A stretch of DNA of 64,000 nucleotides, from contig CAVSBO010000015.1 in assembly GCA_963726195.1 (NCBI GenBank), positions 1 to 64,000 on the forward strand. Direction: 5' to 3'. This document shows positions 24,093-34,266 of the stretch, piece by piece. The notes below the pieces were generated by a model. It did no database searches. It was not told where the DNA came from and saw nothing but the letters and a program-made list of their open reading frames with translations. Both the position numbers and the translations under genes were made by a program. The DNA comes from Candidatus Thorarchaeota archaeon (lineage in GTDB: Archaea > Asgardarchaeota > Thorarchaeia > Thorarchaeales > Thorarchaeaceae). Every line of letters begins with the position of its first letter. Position 1 is the first letter of the stretch.

Positions 24093-25454
24093 TCAGGGGA
24101 CAATCGTCAGCGCAAGATGCAGAAAAGACTGCTCTAGCCAGAGGATGGTTGAGGCGGTCGTCACTTCAGCCAAAGATAGTATTGACCCGACCTTCAGGTA
24201 TTCTCTCAGTCTTATCTCGAGACCTTTTCTCTTCATTGTGCCAAGCCACATCAGTATTGCCAAGGACCCCAAGGGGAAGAAGTGCGGGCCCAAGTTGTTT
24301 CCGATTATGTTGGCGAATATGAGACTCGTACTGGCTTGCGGGCCCAAGCTTGCGGAGGAAATTGCTTGCTTAACCGACAATAGGCCCAACATCGTCATGG
24401 GCCAATTGTTCATGGCGCTGGCACCGACAGTTACAATTAGGCTTGGAACAAGAACAGAGAGTACTGATGGTAGGGTCAGTGCATCTATGAAGAGGGTGGC
24501 AAAGAAATCAACGGCGCCTGCGTGTCTCAGTCCTTGCACAACAAGGAAGATTGCTATCATAAAGAAAAGAATGTCCCAATTGACCCTCCTCAAGACATGC
24601 AGAGGGCCATCCGAGTGTGCTCCAAGTGTCGGATCTCTTTTGTACTTTAGCGTGTACAGTGTCAGGAGAAAGACTGCTCCTGAAAAGATGACGAATGAAA
24701 CAGGAATATGATTCAACGATGTAAGAACATAGCCTACATCTATAGCAATCAGTGTGGCTATGCTCGTCCTTAGCAGGAGAGGGCTTGGACTATTCCTGAT
24801 CAGGTCCTCAATTGTAGTAGTAGAGTAGGTCGCCGGGATTCTCTTCCTGAAGAACAAATAGACGATAAGAATGGTCTGCACTGCTGTGACAACCCCGACG
24901 AGGCCCATGAAGACCATGTGCTGAACAAACGTGTATCCGAAGAAATCAGCACTGACGATGTTCACCGGATTGCTCGTAATCAGGGGCATTGCCGCAGTGT
25001 CAGCAATGAGTCCTGCGCCAAAGAGATATGCAAGACTGCCTTCCCTGCTGGTATTCAGCTCTTTGACCATCTCCATCACAATCGGCGTTAGGATGAGCAC
25101 TGCACTGTCGTTCGCGAACAGTATGCTTACTATCGCGGTGAAGAGAGACACATAGAAGAACAGCCTTACTCCATGGCCATGAGCGAGTCTCGCAACCCTA
25201 AGTGCCGCCCACCTGAAGAAACCCATCGCATCCAAGGTCACTGACAGCATGACTATGCCAACAAAAGCGAGAGCCGCATCCCATATGTTTCCGAAGGCTA
25301 CAACGGCATCTGCCACCGTGACGGTGCCGAGCAGTAGAGATGCTACTGCGCCAATCCCCGCGGCTATGCCCAGGTTCATACGTCTCGGACGCTTCACCAT
25401 GAGAAACAGCGTTACGAGGAATATGGCTACTGACGTGAAAGCTGCATAGTCCAC
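24093..25454 (-). CDS. ArsB/NhaD family transporter (arsenite efflux-like)
   Basis: FANDSAVLILTP, SNPVNI, NNWP, GSLAILMW. Confidence 0.88.
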   Translation of the reverse strand: MDYAAFTSVAIFLVTLFLMVKRPRRMNLGIAAGIGAVASLLLGTVTVADAVVAFGNIWDAALAFVGIVMLSVTLDAMGFFRWAALRVARLAHGHGVRLFFYVSLFTAIVSILFANDSAVLILTPIVMEMVKELNTSREGSLAYLFGAGLIADTAAMPLITSNPVNIVSADFFGYTFVQHMVFMGLVGVVTAVQTILIVYLFFRKRIPATYSTTTIEDLIRNSPSPLLLRTSIATLIAIDVGYVLTSLNHIPVSFVIFSGAVFLLTLYTLKYKRDPTLGAHSDGPLHVLRRVNWDILFFMIAIFLVVQGLRHAGAVDFFATLFIDALTLPSVLSVLVPSLIVTVGASAMNNWPMTMLGLLSVKQAISSASLGPQASTSLIFANIIGNNLGPHFFPLGSLAILMWLGTMKRKGLEIRLREYLKVGSILSLAEVTTASTILWLEQSFLHLALTIVP

Positions 25455-25551
25455 GAGTTCAGCAGTCGCAGTTTCACTGGTCTATAACGCTATCTGTAAT
25501 GTCAAGGATAGCACTCAAGGCCTTCACGAGGAAACTGGTGCATGATGCTCT

Positions 25552-27342
25552 TTACGCTGCATCCAACACCGCACGGATTCTCATCAATCCAGCTCCGATG
25601 TTGTCTTGCTTGGTAATTCTGAAGTGCTCTAGCACTCCTGTGTGTTCAACATGCGGCCCTCCGCACACCTCCTTGCTGAAGTCACCAATCGTATACACCG
25701 ACACCTCATCACCGTAGGTGTCCCTGAAGAATGCAAGGGCTCCTCCTTCCACCGCCTGATTGAGTTTCATGATCTGCCGTGTGACCTTCAAGTCCTTCTT
25801 TATCGCATCGTTTACGAGGTCTTCTACTCTTTGCAGTTCTTCGGACGTTAGTTTCCTTGAGAAAGTGAAGTCGAACCGGAGACGCTCTTCTGTGATATTG
25901 CTCCCGTTCTGGCGAACTGACTCTCCGAGCACCTTCCTTAGCGCGGCTTGCAGGAGATGAGTTGCCGTGTGGAGCTTTGTAATCTCCTCGGTATGGTCTG
26001 CTAGACCACCCTTGAACTTGCCTTCTGTCGCAGTCCTCGATGTGTCTTGGTGCTGTTCGAACTCTCTCCGGAATTCATCAATGTCAATCTTGATTCCTCT
26101 CTCAGAAGCGAGTTCGGCTGTCATTTCGAGAGGAAGACCGAAGCTCGTGAACAACACAAAGGCATCCTTGCCAGTGATTGTCCCGGTCTCATTGAGAGTC
26201 TGTTCAAACTTTCTCAGTGCCTTGCCAAGAGTGCTCCTGAACTTCTTCTCCTCGGCTTCTAAGTTCTGCATGACAAAGTCTCGATTCCTCTCAACCTCGT
26301 CATAGATATCCTTGTACATGTCTATCACGATGGCCGCCAAGTCGACGAGGAAGCCTTCAGGAATGCCAAGATCGTCTGCGGACCTGATGGCCTTTCTGAG
26401 AAGACGACGCACAATGTAGCCGTGTTCCACGTTGGACGGCGAGATGCGCCTGTCATCTGCCATTATCATGACTGCAGCCTTTACATGGTCGGCCACTATC
26501 CGCACGAGTTTCTCGTTGGATTCCTCAATCCTTTCCTTGCCGGAGAGCTGCTTTATTCTGTTCGTCAGGGGAATGAAAGCTTCTGTATCGTAAACGCTCT
26601 TGACCCCGCTGAGAATGGCACCTGTTCGTTCCAATCCCATACCGGTGTCGACATTCTTCTGTTTCAGTAGCTCATAAGCACCGTCTTCCTTCTTGTTGTA
26701 TTGCATGAAGACGTCGTTCCAAATCTCAAGGAAGTGGCCGCATGAACAACCTGGTCTGCAATCCGGGCCGCACTTTGGAATCTTGCTGACTTCCATGAAC
26801 ATCTCAGTGCAAGGGCCGCAGGGTCCGGTCTTTCCGGCTGGACCCCACCAGTTGTCCTCCTTTGGCAGGAAGTCGATCCGCTCAGCTGGTATGCCTAGGC
26901 TCATCCACGTTTTTGTAGACTCGTCGTCCTCAGGTGCATCAGCATCACCTGCGAACACAGTGACCGAAAGCTGCTTCGGATTCAATCCCAACCATTTCTT
27001 TGATGTCAGGAACTCATAGCTCCAAGTTATCGCTTCTTTCTTCCAGTAGTCGCCCAAGCTCCAATTGCCCAACATCTCAAAGAAGGTGAGATGGCTTGTA
27101 TCACCTACGCTGTCTATGTCAGTAGTGCGTATGCATTTCTGACAATCCGTGAGACGCTTTCCCTGCGGGTGCGGCTGGCCCAACAGGTATGGTACTAATG
27201 GGTGCATTCCTGCTGTTGTGAATAGTACCGTGGGGTCATGCTCTGGCAACAAAGATGCCGAGGCGATAACTGCATGTTTCTGCTGTTTGAAGAACTCAAG
27301 ATACTTCTTACGCAGCTCTTCCAGTCGCATTCGGGTCACCAA
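25552..27342 (-). CDS. alaS: Alanyl-tRNA synthetase, compact (no C-Ala domain)
   Basis: LFTTAGMHPL, HLTFFEMLGNWS, GPCGPCTE, VDTGMGLER, editing HTATH and CGGPH. Confidence 0.95.
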   Translation of the reverse strand: MVTRMRLEELRKKYLEFFKQQKHAVIASASLLPEHDPTVLFTTAGMHPLVPYLLGQPHPQGKRLTDCQKCIRTTDIDSVGDTSHLTFFEMLGNWSLGDYWKKEAITWSYEFLTSKKWLGLNPKQLSVTVFAGDADAPEDDESTKTWMSLGIPAERIDFLPKEDNWWGPAGKTGPCGPCTEMFMEVSKIPKCGPDCRPGCSCGHFLEIWNDVFMQYNKKEDGAYELLKQKNVDTGMGLERTGAILSGVKSVYDTEAFIPLTNRIKQLSGKERIEESNEKLVRIVADHVKAAVMIMADDRRISPSNVEHGYIVRRLLRKAIRSADDLGIPEGFLVDLAAIVIDMYKDIYDEVERNRDFVMQNLEAEEKKFRSTLGKALRKFEQTLNETGTITGKDAFVLFTSFGLPLEMTAELASERGIKIDIDEFRREFEQHQDTSRTATEGKFKGGLADHTEEITKLHTATHLLQAALRKVLGESVRQNGSNITEERLRFDFTFSRKLTSEELQRVEDLVNDAIKKDLKVTRQIMKLNQAVEGGALAFFRDTYGDEVSVYTIGDFSKEVCGGPHVEHTGVLEHFRITKQDNIGAGLMRIRAVLDAA

Positions 27343-27434
27343 GCCAAAGGTGTGCTAACTTGCCGGAGCCTTCTGCTGTTCTATTTTAACGCTTTTGATG
27401 AGTCTTGTCGTAGTCATCACAAGTAGTCACGACT

Positions 27435-28016
27435 TCACACAAGTATCAGTCCTGATGGCGACATCCTGTACTTTCTGAGCCTTGAGGGTAACCAAGGATA
27501 CTTGTCCACATAGTCAAGAAACCTATCATTGCTAACAATGTCAGCGTCATTCTTTTCAGCTGTTCTTATGATTTCGAAATCGTCATCCATACCCTTTGGT
27601 GCCTGTATGACGCGTTTGGATGCAATCATCTTGAGCAGCTGTTCATCCTCGTCGACTTGATGGACCAAGGCAGCCGACACTACAGTGATTGGCACGAACC
27701 CGGCACTGGCAAGGCTGCTGTTGGCCATGACGATATTCTCAACTCTTGGTTTTCCGGCCCGAGTCATGTAGAATGCTACGTTACTGCCGTCTACCACGAC
27801 AATCTTCCTTTGAGCAGTTTGGGTGGATTGCCCGCTTGGATGTCTTGTTCGGCACTGTCTGACGTGATCATCTAAGTCGTCCCGACTAAACAGACTTATC
27901 ACAATACGGACATCGCGCTCGCTTTGGCATTGATTCAAACCTCTCGAGGGATGCGATTCTTTGGACTGGGCTTCAGTCTGGATACCATTGTTACGCTGCA
28001 GTCTCTTTCTTCGCAT
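27435..28016 (-). CDS. NYN/PIN ribonuclease (Zc3h12a/Regnase-like)
   Basis: VVVDGSNVA, DDDF.II..A, IVSNDRF.DY. Confidence 0.85.
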   Translation of the reverse strand: MRRKRLQRNNGIQTEAQSKESHPSRGLNQCQSERDVRIVISLFSRDDLDDHVRQCRTRHPSGQSTQTAQRKIVVVDGSNVAFYMTRAGKPRVENIVMANSSLASAGFVPITVVSAALVHQVDEDEQLLKMIASKRVIQAPKGMDDDFEIIRTAEKNDADIVSNDRFLDYVDKYPWLPSRLRKYRMSPSGLILV

Positions 28017-28031
28017 TACCTTGACTGTTGC

Positions 28032-28946
28032 TCAGATACGATCGCCGTATGGGAGACCTGCGCATATGTCTCCCTCTACGAAGTTGGGAATGTCAATCTC
28101 TCTATCGTCGATTATGATTTCGGCAACTGCTGACTCGACCAAACTAGCCAATTGGTCATCCGACGGTCGGCCATATCCGAGAGGAACAGTCACTGCAACC
28201 AAGTTACCAACCTTGGCCATCTTCCTCACATGACTGTGTCCTGAGATTGAAAGGGAGACCCTGCTATCCTCCTGAAGAATGTGGCCGGTGCTCTCTGCTC
28301 CCATGAACGCAGAGAAGAAATCCCAAGGCAACCGACCCTTGTAGTATGATAGTTCTCGGAAGGGGATGTGATGTGACACATATACTACTTGCTCAATTCC
28401 GCGCGGCAAGTTCGCCAAGTCGTACTCAAGTTTGCGATTGAAGAGATCCGTGGCCTCGAGATCAGTGAATTCCCAGTCAATGCTGAACAAGTCAAACCAG
28501 ACTTCCCCCTTGAACTCTTTCCTCTCATATGCGCTCTCAGGAATTCGCAAGTCCTGTCGCCTAAGGGAATAGTCATACCATCCGATGCTTCCCACAAATG
28601 CGGTCCTGCCAACTATGAATGGGTTTTCGGGGAGATTGACGAACTTGTTCTTCTCACAGACCTCACCGATTCTTTTCGAGTACTTATCAATCGAGCCTAG
28701 CCCGTTGCCCTTCTCAAAGAAGATGTCATGATTGCCGGAGACAAAGAGATTTGTGCAGCTTGGCTGAAAAAGGGTTTCCAGCGAGTCCGAGAGAATCTGG
28801 AGATCACTGCTTAGGTCACCTGCTATGATGAATATATCTGGCGACAGTGTCTCCACGCGCGCTCGGATAGTGTCCAGGAGCATGCGGTCACTTCCGTCAT
28901 TACGCACATGTATGTCAGAGATTGCCGCTATCCTCATTGATGTCAC
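28032..28946 (-). CDS. Calcineurin-like metallophosphoesterase
   Basis: SDIH, AGD, GNHD, HH.P, GHSH. Confidence 0.92.
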   Translation of the reverse strand: MTSMRIAAISDIHVRNDGSDRMLLDTIRARVETLSPDIFIIAGDLSSDLQILSDSLETLFQPSCTNLFVSGNHDIFFEKGNGLGSIDKYSKRIGEVCEKNKFVNLPENPFIVGRTAFVGSIGWYDYSLRRQDLRIPESAYERKEFKGEVWFDLFSIDWEFTDLEATDLFNRKLEYDLANLPRGIEQVVYVSHHIPFRELSYYKGRLPWDFFSAFMGAESTGHILQEDSRVSLSISGHSHVRKMAKVGNLVAVTVPLGYGRPSDDQLASLVESAVAEIIIDDREIDIPNFVEGDICAGLPYGDRI

Positions 28947-29063
28947 CTCGATGGTTTTCCCTGAGTACAGAGACGATTTGTCTTCTCCAGACAGCGTCTT
29001 TGAGTTACTGGTAGTGACATCGCCCAGCCTATACGAGTTACTGACATGCTCCCATGACTAAAG

Positions 29064-30104
29064 TCATGGGGTTCTGGCGTTGGCTGCATTCATGGCCATT
29101 GGGCCTCTGGGGGTGCCAGTGCTCCCGTCCTCTGCATCTCTGTCTGCAAAAGATTGACTCGTGCCCGATGATGCCTTAGCGATATTGAATGCTGCGTTGG
29201 CATCGGCATGGTCAACGTGCCCGCAAGCGGGACACCTGAACTCCTTCTTGTTCCTGTCACCAATCGAGCCACACATGCTGCAAGTCTTGGACGTGTATGC
29301 AGGATTAACGTATTCGACCTCTACTCCTAGCAGCCTGGCCTTGTATTCTATCATCTTTCTTAACTGACAAAACGACCAGCTGTGCAGGGCGTATCTAAAC
29401 GTTCGAGTCGTTCTTGCGGTATCTCTGATACCGCTCAGGTCTTCAAGTCGTATCCCGCACCTATGTTCGAATGCAGTGCCCACAATCTTTCGGCTCATCT
29501 GGTGATTGAGTTCCGTGACAATCTTCGATTCCCTGTTCTTTACGCTCTTCAGTTTCCGGTACTTTCTCATCCGTTGAAGTCTTCTTCTCATCTCCCTGTA
29601 CTTCTTGTGAATATGATGTGCCTTCTTTCCAAGCTTCAAGACCTTTCCTGTGGCAGGGATTGCGGCCACTGCTGCATGACCCGTAGCATTCAGGTCGATA
29701 CCGATGTATCCCTCCGGAGCGAGCGGCTCTGCTTCTTTTACAGTCAGCGAGACGTACAAGAATCTCCTGTCAACCTCTATCTGGTTAATCTTCACAAAAT
29801 CGTCCCTGAACCTGTACGCGAACTCCATTCCGAGGGAAGTGATTCTTATCGTTCTCTTCTCTCGGTCGCACTGTATGCCTTGACACGGAATGGTCAGCTT
29901 GACAGAACGCACTTTCCTAGTCTGCTTGTTTCGTCCGTATTTCCTGAGTACCTGGTTCGCTATCACTGACTTCAGGCCGATGTGTCTTACAGCGGGCGTC
30001 GTTAATGGGACAGGCGAGTTTACCGCAATCCTTGCAATCGTTCTCGCCTTTCTCAGCTCTTCGGAGAAGTCACGCTCGTGCCGAACCTTGTACGTCAGTA
30101 TCAA
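29064..30104 (-). CDS. tnpB: TnpB RNA-guided endonuclease
   Basis: RuvC-I GIDLN, RuvC-II LEDL, P.YTSKTCSMCG...CPACG zinc finger, RuvC-III ADANAAFNI. Confidence 0.95.
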   Translation of the reverse strand: MILTYKVRHERDFSEELRKARTIARIAVNSPVPLTTPAVRHIGLKSVIANQVLRKYGRNKQTRKVRSVKLTIPCQGIQCDREKRTIRITSLGMEFAYRFRDDFVKINQIEVDRRFLYVSLTVKEAEPLAPEGYIGIDLNATGHAAVAAIPATGKVLKLGKKAHHIHKKYREMRRRLQRMRKYRKLKSVKNRESKIVTELNHQMSRKIVGTAFEHRCGIRLEDLSGIRDTARTTRTFRYALHSWSFCQLRKMIEYKARLLGVEVEYVNPAYTSKTCSMCGSIGDRNKKEFRCPACGHVDHADANAAFNIAKASSGTSQSFADRDAEDGSTGTPRGPMAMNAANARTP

Positions 30105-30145
30105 TGATTCTTCTGCTCCTCGATGTACTTCTTAGTGCTTTCCAT
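30101..30145 (-). pseudogene. tnpA: Internally deleted tnpA (Y1 transposase) remnant, 14 codons
   Basis: MESTKKYIEEQKNH* matches the Y1 C-terminal helix (..KKYIEEQ); SD GGAG upstream; its TGA overlaps the tnpB TTG start. Confidence 0.7.
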
Positions 30146-30309
30146 ACGAATATACACTCCTTCTTTGTATCGACTGGGTGTAGGGATTCATCCCACAACC
30201 GAAGTCGTGGACTCTCTCCTGCTTCCATCGTAATAGCGAAACTCCACACCGCAGTTTTGATATTCTCTCGAATCGTGGAGCATTCACTGTGAAGGCCTCG
30301 GTGAGCTCA

Positions 30310-31968
30310 ATGACCAACGAGATTAAGGCAATCAGACCTCGGCCATCTGACCTGTCAAAGATGAAAATCGTTTCGGAACCCAAGGAGATTATTGATGCCT
30401 ACGGTCCGTACTTGGATGACGAGTCACATTCAATCGACGGCAGAGTTGACATGATATACTTCCCGACGAGCGAGGATGACATCGGAGTCGTTCTGAAGAC
30501 GGCAAATGAGAAGGGCAAGCCTGTAACTATCCAAGGCGGCAGAACAGGTCTGACGGGTGGTGCAGTACCCGAGGGCGGTATTGCACTGAACCTTGAGAAG
30601 ATGAACCAAATCCTCTATGTCCATTACATTTCCGAAGAAGACACCTACTCAATTGCAGCACAGTCTGGGGTGCTTCTTGAGGACCTAGTAAAGGCGGTTA
30701 CGTCCAAAAACCTCGCAGCTCTGAAGGCGAAGGGCACAAAAGAACAGCAGGCGGCACTTGACAAGTTCCTGAGCGATAGAAGAGCTTTCTATTTTCCTGT
30801 GGATCCAACCGAGACCAGTGCGTGGTTGGGTGGAATCGTCGCCTGCAACGCGTCGGGAGCTCGGACCTTCAGATATGGCGCTGTCAGGAATTGGATTCGA
30901 AGAATAAGGGTCACTTTGGCCAACGGAGAGATGTTAGACATCGAGCGCGGCAAGGTCATCGCAATGAATCGTAAGTTCAGGATTACACTGAGCGACGGTT
31001 CAAAGATGGATTTCTCTGTGCCAAGCTACAAGATGCCGAATGTAAAGAATGCAGCAGGGTTGTACGCGAAACCTGACATGGATCTGATTGACCTATTCAT
31101 AGGGTCTGAGGGCATCTTGGGTGTAATCAATGAAGTGGAACTCAAGCTCGCCAAGATGCCTGAGAACATCATGTCAGTCATGGCGTTCTTTCCAACTGAG
31201 AACGATGCAGTCGAGTTTGTAATTGATGCCAGATCTCCTGACTCGAAGATCAAGATGGACTTCCTAGAGTACTTCGGGGCAACTGCTATCAAGATGATTC
31301 GTGAAAAGGCTGGGTCGGCAGGCATCAAGGTGCCAGCGTTAACCGACATGACCCAAGCCATCGTGTTCTTCGAGTTTCCCTATACTGAACAGGAAATGGA
31401 AGAGAAGGTGACCTTTCTAGAAGCGATGCTGAACAGGCACGAGTCGTCCTCAGAATCAAGTTGGGCCGGGCTCGACCGTACTGAGCTTGAGAAGATGAAA
31501 ACTATCCGGCATTTCGTTCCTGAGACAATCAATTCAATCATTGCGCAGCGCAAGAAGGAGTATCACGACGTGCACAAGATAGGTACGGACATGGCTGTTC
31601 CTGATGACGCACTGAAGACGTACCTCAAGTTCTATGAGGATACGCTGGACGGCCAAGGAATGGAGTACGTCATATTTGGTCACATTGGCAACAACCACCT
31701 TCATGTGAATATGCTCCCACGGAACAACGAAGAGGTGGAGCAGGGCATGGATAACTATCTTCTCTTCGCAAAGAAGGCCGTTGAGCTGGGCGGCAGTGTC
31801 TCTGCGGAACACGGAATTGGGAAGCTCAAACGGACATTCCTTGAGGTGATGTACGGTCGTCAGGGAATCTCCGAGATGCAAGCGGTGAAGAAAGCACTTG
31901 ATCCCAAGTGGATTCTCAACAGAGGCGACATGGTCCCCGTTCCGGTCCCATTTCAGCTAGTAGGTTGA
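30310..31968 (+). CDS. FAD-binding oxidoreductase (GlcD/D-lactate dehydrogenase family)
   Basis: GGRTGLTGGAVP, NASGA..FRYG, FIGSEGILG, GHIGNNHLH, SAEHGIGK. Confidence 0.92.
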   Translation: MTNEIKAIRPRPSDLSKMKIVSEPKEIIDAYGPYLDDESHSIDGRVDMIYFPTSEDDIGVVLKTANEKGKPVTIQGGRTGLTGGAVPEGGIALNLEKMNQILYVHYISEEDTYSIAAQSGVLLEDLVKAVTSKNLAALKAKGTKEQQAALDKFLSDRRAFYFPVDPTETSAWLGGIVACNASGARTFRYGAVRNWIRRIRVTLANGEMLDIERGKVIAMNRKFRITLSDGSKMDFSVPSYKMPNVKNAAGLYAKPDMDLIDLFIGSEGILGVINEVELKLAKMPENIMSVMAFFPTENDAVEFVIDARSPDSKIKMDFLEYFGATAIKMIREKAGSAGIKVPALTDMTQAIVFFEFPYTEQEMEEKVTFLEAMLNRHESSSESSWAGLDRTELEKMKTIRHFVPETINSIIAQRKKEYHDVHKIGTDMAVPDDALKTYLKFYEDTLDGQGMEYVIFGHIGNNHLHVNMLPRNNEEVEQGMDNYLLFAKKAVELGGSVSAEHGIGKLKRTFLEVMYGRQGISEMQAVKKALDPKWILNRGDMVPVPVPFQLVG

Positions 31969-32246
31969 CCAGTCCTCGAATAGACCACCGCTTCAGCCTT
32001 CCTTATCTTAGCGCACAAGTCTGGCTCCTCTTGACACAGCAATTCCATGTCTCTTACGCCAACTTCCGCCCAGTATCTATCGAGTGCTTCTCTTGTCTCC
32101 AGGCCGGTCGGTTCAATACACGGAGTCAGGCTACGCTGGATCCCATCCACGATTTCATCTAATGTCTGATTTCTGAGTCGCACTCGAGCCCAAAAATCGC
32201 ATTTCTCACCTCTGCAGGGCCCTTTGACCATCACGCACCAGACCAT
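31953..32246 (-). CDS. Cys-rich hypothetical protein
   Basis: N-terminal C-x6-C-x4-C-x2-W; helical remainder. Confidence 0.6.
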   Translation of the reverse strand: MVWCVMVKGPCRGEKCDFWARVRLRNQTLDEIVDGIQRSLTPCIEPTGLETREALDRYWAEVGVRDMELLCQEEPDLCAKIRKAEAVVYSRTGQPTS

Positions 32247-32459
32247 ATGATCAGCTCAAGTCCGAATCCGGGCAAGCCTTGCGTTTCTTAAGGCTTGTTT
32301 CATGTGTTTGGTCAGGATGTGCTAGCATTGGATTCTTCCGATGTTGCATTCGCGGCTTGGCGGTTTATGACTGTGTAGAATACGCTTTTGCAGCTCTAGC
32401 TGAGTCAAACCCGGTTTCTCAGGATGCGGGCTGCGCGGAGAGCTGGCACCCACGCCATG

Positions 32460-32876
32460 TCACTCGGGTTCTTTCCATTCGCCGTGACTCTTGAGATACT
32501 CAGCCTTCTCTGCAGCAGGATGAAGCTCGGCCACAGCGCCCATGTACTTGCCATTCAGGTCAAGAAGCGGATAGATATACTCATACAGAATGTTGCCACG
32601 AAAGTTGACCCAACCTTGATACTTCTTTAGTTCTCCACTCTTCATTTGTCCGATCATCTTCAAGACGCCGGGCTCGGCTCTCTCGGGATGACAACGAAGA
32701 ATGGAGCTGTCGAATCTGCTTTGTGCATCCTGTCCAAAGAGCTCACCTGCGGTCCGATTGAACATGACGATGCGTTCCTTGTCATCTATTACCACGACTG
32801 CGACGTTCAGGGATTCCATGGCTGTGCGCAAGATATCGGGCTTAGCTTTCATTTGAGGCCACCAGTCTTGCACCAT
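32460..32876 (-). CDS. Stand-alone PAS-domain protein
   Basis: AVVVIDDKERIVMFN.TA..LFG, RCHP, P..D.NG.Y.G. Confidence 0.8.
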   Translation of the reverse strand: MVQDWWPQMKAKPDILRTAMESLNVAVVVIDDKERIVMFNRTAGELFGQDAQSRFDSSILRCHPERAEPGVLKMIGQMKSGELKKYQGWVNFRGNILYEYIYPLLDLNGKYMGAVAELHPAAEKAEYLKSHGEWKEPE

Positions 32877-32972
32877 CCGCGATATGTCGGGTTATTGTCC
32901 TTTCCGATGACAACCTATTGGTGTTCTCCATCTAGGCCTGCATTCGCACTTGGAGTCGGTTGTGTTTTTTGC

Positions 32973-34006
32973 TCACTGACTGCGGCTTGTAATATGATAG
33001 TTCTTTCCGGCCTTAACTAACGCATTGACATTCTGGACTGGCGTTTCGATAGCCAAGTCACAGCCTGAGCTCAGGACAAAGCCATCAACAACCCCACCAA
33101 CAGCTTCGATGCATTTCCTGCTCGCGGCTGCCACTTCCTCTTGCGAGCCATTCAACAGCAACGTTGTGTCCACATTCCCAATGATTGTACATCTGCCATG
33201 TGAGATCTTGTACGCATTCGTTAGACTGGTGACAGAGTCCAAGCTGAGAGCGTCTGCTCCAGTCTCACACATTGCATCCAGAATCTTTGTAGTGTTTCCG
33301 CAGATGTGAAGCGTGGCTTTTGCACCTCTTGACTTGATGAAAGAAACTAGGCTCTTCACGTTTGGGGCGCAGAACTTGGCGAACCACTCGGGAGATATGA
33401 CGCTTGAGCTCCCCGTGGGCTCGAGTATTACGATATTATGAGATTCGGCACTCAGGAGTTCATCCACGTATGGTTCAATGACTCTGCGGCATTCCTTGGC
33501 AACAAGCGCAGTCTCCTCAGGGTTTTCCATTGCTAGTTCAAGCAGATTTTCTGCACCCATTAGTTGACCGGCCAGTGTGAACGGGCCAATTACGTAACTG
33601 CTTACGAGGTGGGTTTTTCCAACTTGACGGATTAGCTGCTTGGTGGTCTCTACGAACACACTCAACCTGCAGGTCTTGATGGATGGTAGTTCCAGATTGG
33701 AGAATACGGCGGCCTCTCTGATCGGGTACAAAGCCAAATAGGGAAAGGCCTTGTCTTGGAAATTGACGGGAGCTCCCAATGCCTCGGCCTCTGCAGTCAG
33801 GTCCATGCACGTCATGACGCCATCGTAGTCCACTTCTTGAGAGTCATTAACTGTGAATGTGCTTGCTTGTTTGCGTCTCTCAGAAGCTCAATCACAGAGT
33901 AGCCCGAGACCGTGGAGGAGAAGAGTCCCGCGAGAGGTATGACGGGCACGCGTTCTGGTTGCCTACGTTCTATACTCTGTAGAACCACATCCAGAGGTCT
34001 TGTCAT
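32973..34006 (-). CDS. Uroporphyrinogen decarboxylase/MtaA-CmuA family methyltransferase (frameshift near 33830)
   Basis: PERVPVIP, EAEALG, GPFTLA, LHICG, GNVD, SSGCD. Confidence 0.88.
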
Positions 34007-34189
34007 TTACGAGCACTTCTGCGCAGGAGTCGAATGCCCGTCATTAATCCTTGGTGATATCGACTGGTCGTCTGAATCTCATCCCTCTTTTCTGATTTGC
34101 GCATTCATCTGGCCACGAGAAAGACCTCCGCTCCTAGAGAACGCATTCGATGGCAAGCATGAGTACTCTTGGTCTCTCCTCAATCGGTA

Positions 34190-34224
34190 TGTGACTGTAG
34201 CAAGGCAGTCACACATGATTAAAT
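34190..34224 (+). promoter_or_regulatory. Palindromic operator next to a TATA box
   Basis: TGTGACTG-N8-CAGTCACA (34190-34213) just upstream of ATTAAAT. Confidence 0.55.
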
Positions 34225-34266
34225 GCACTTTTGGTCAGCCCGTTATCTATAGGTTGGGTGTTAGAT

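Larger units (their letters stand above)
29041..30229 (-). mobile_element. Non-autonomous IS200/IS605-family element (tnpB plus tnpA remnant)
   Basis: Subterminal hairpins CCCATGACT-AA-AGTCATGGG (29051-29070) and TCCCACAACCGAAGTCGTGGA (30191-30211); ends inferred (TTAC left flank, TCAG right end). Confidence 0.8.

Noticed and set aside
28950-30290. Cas12f / CRISPR system
   Set aside because: No repeat-spacer array or cas genes seen; IS605-type hairpin ends and the tnpA remnant indicate a transposon
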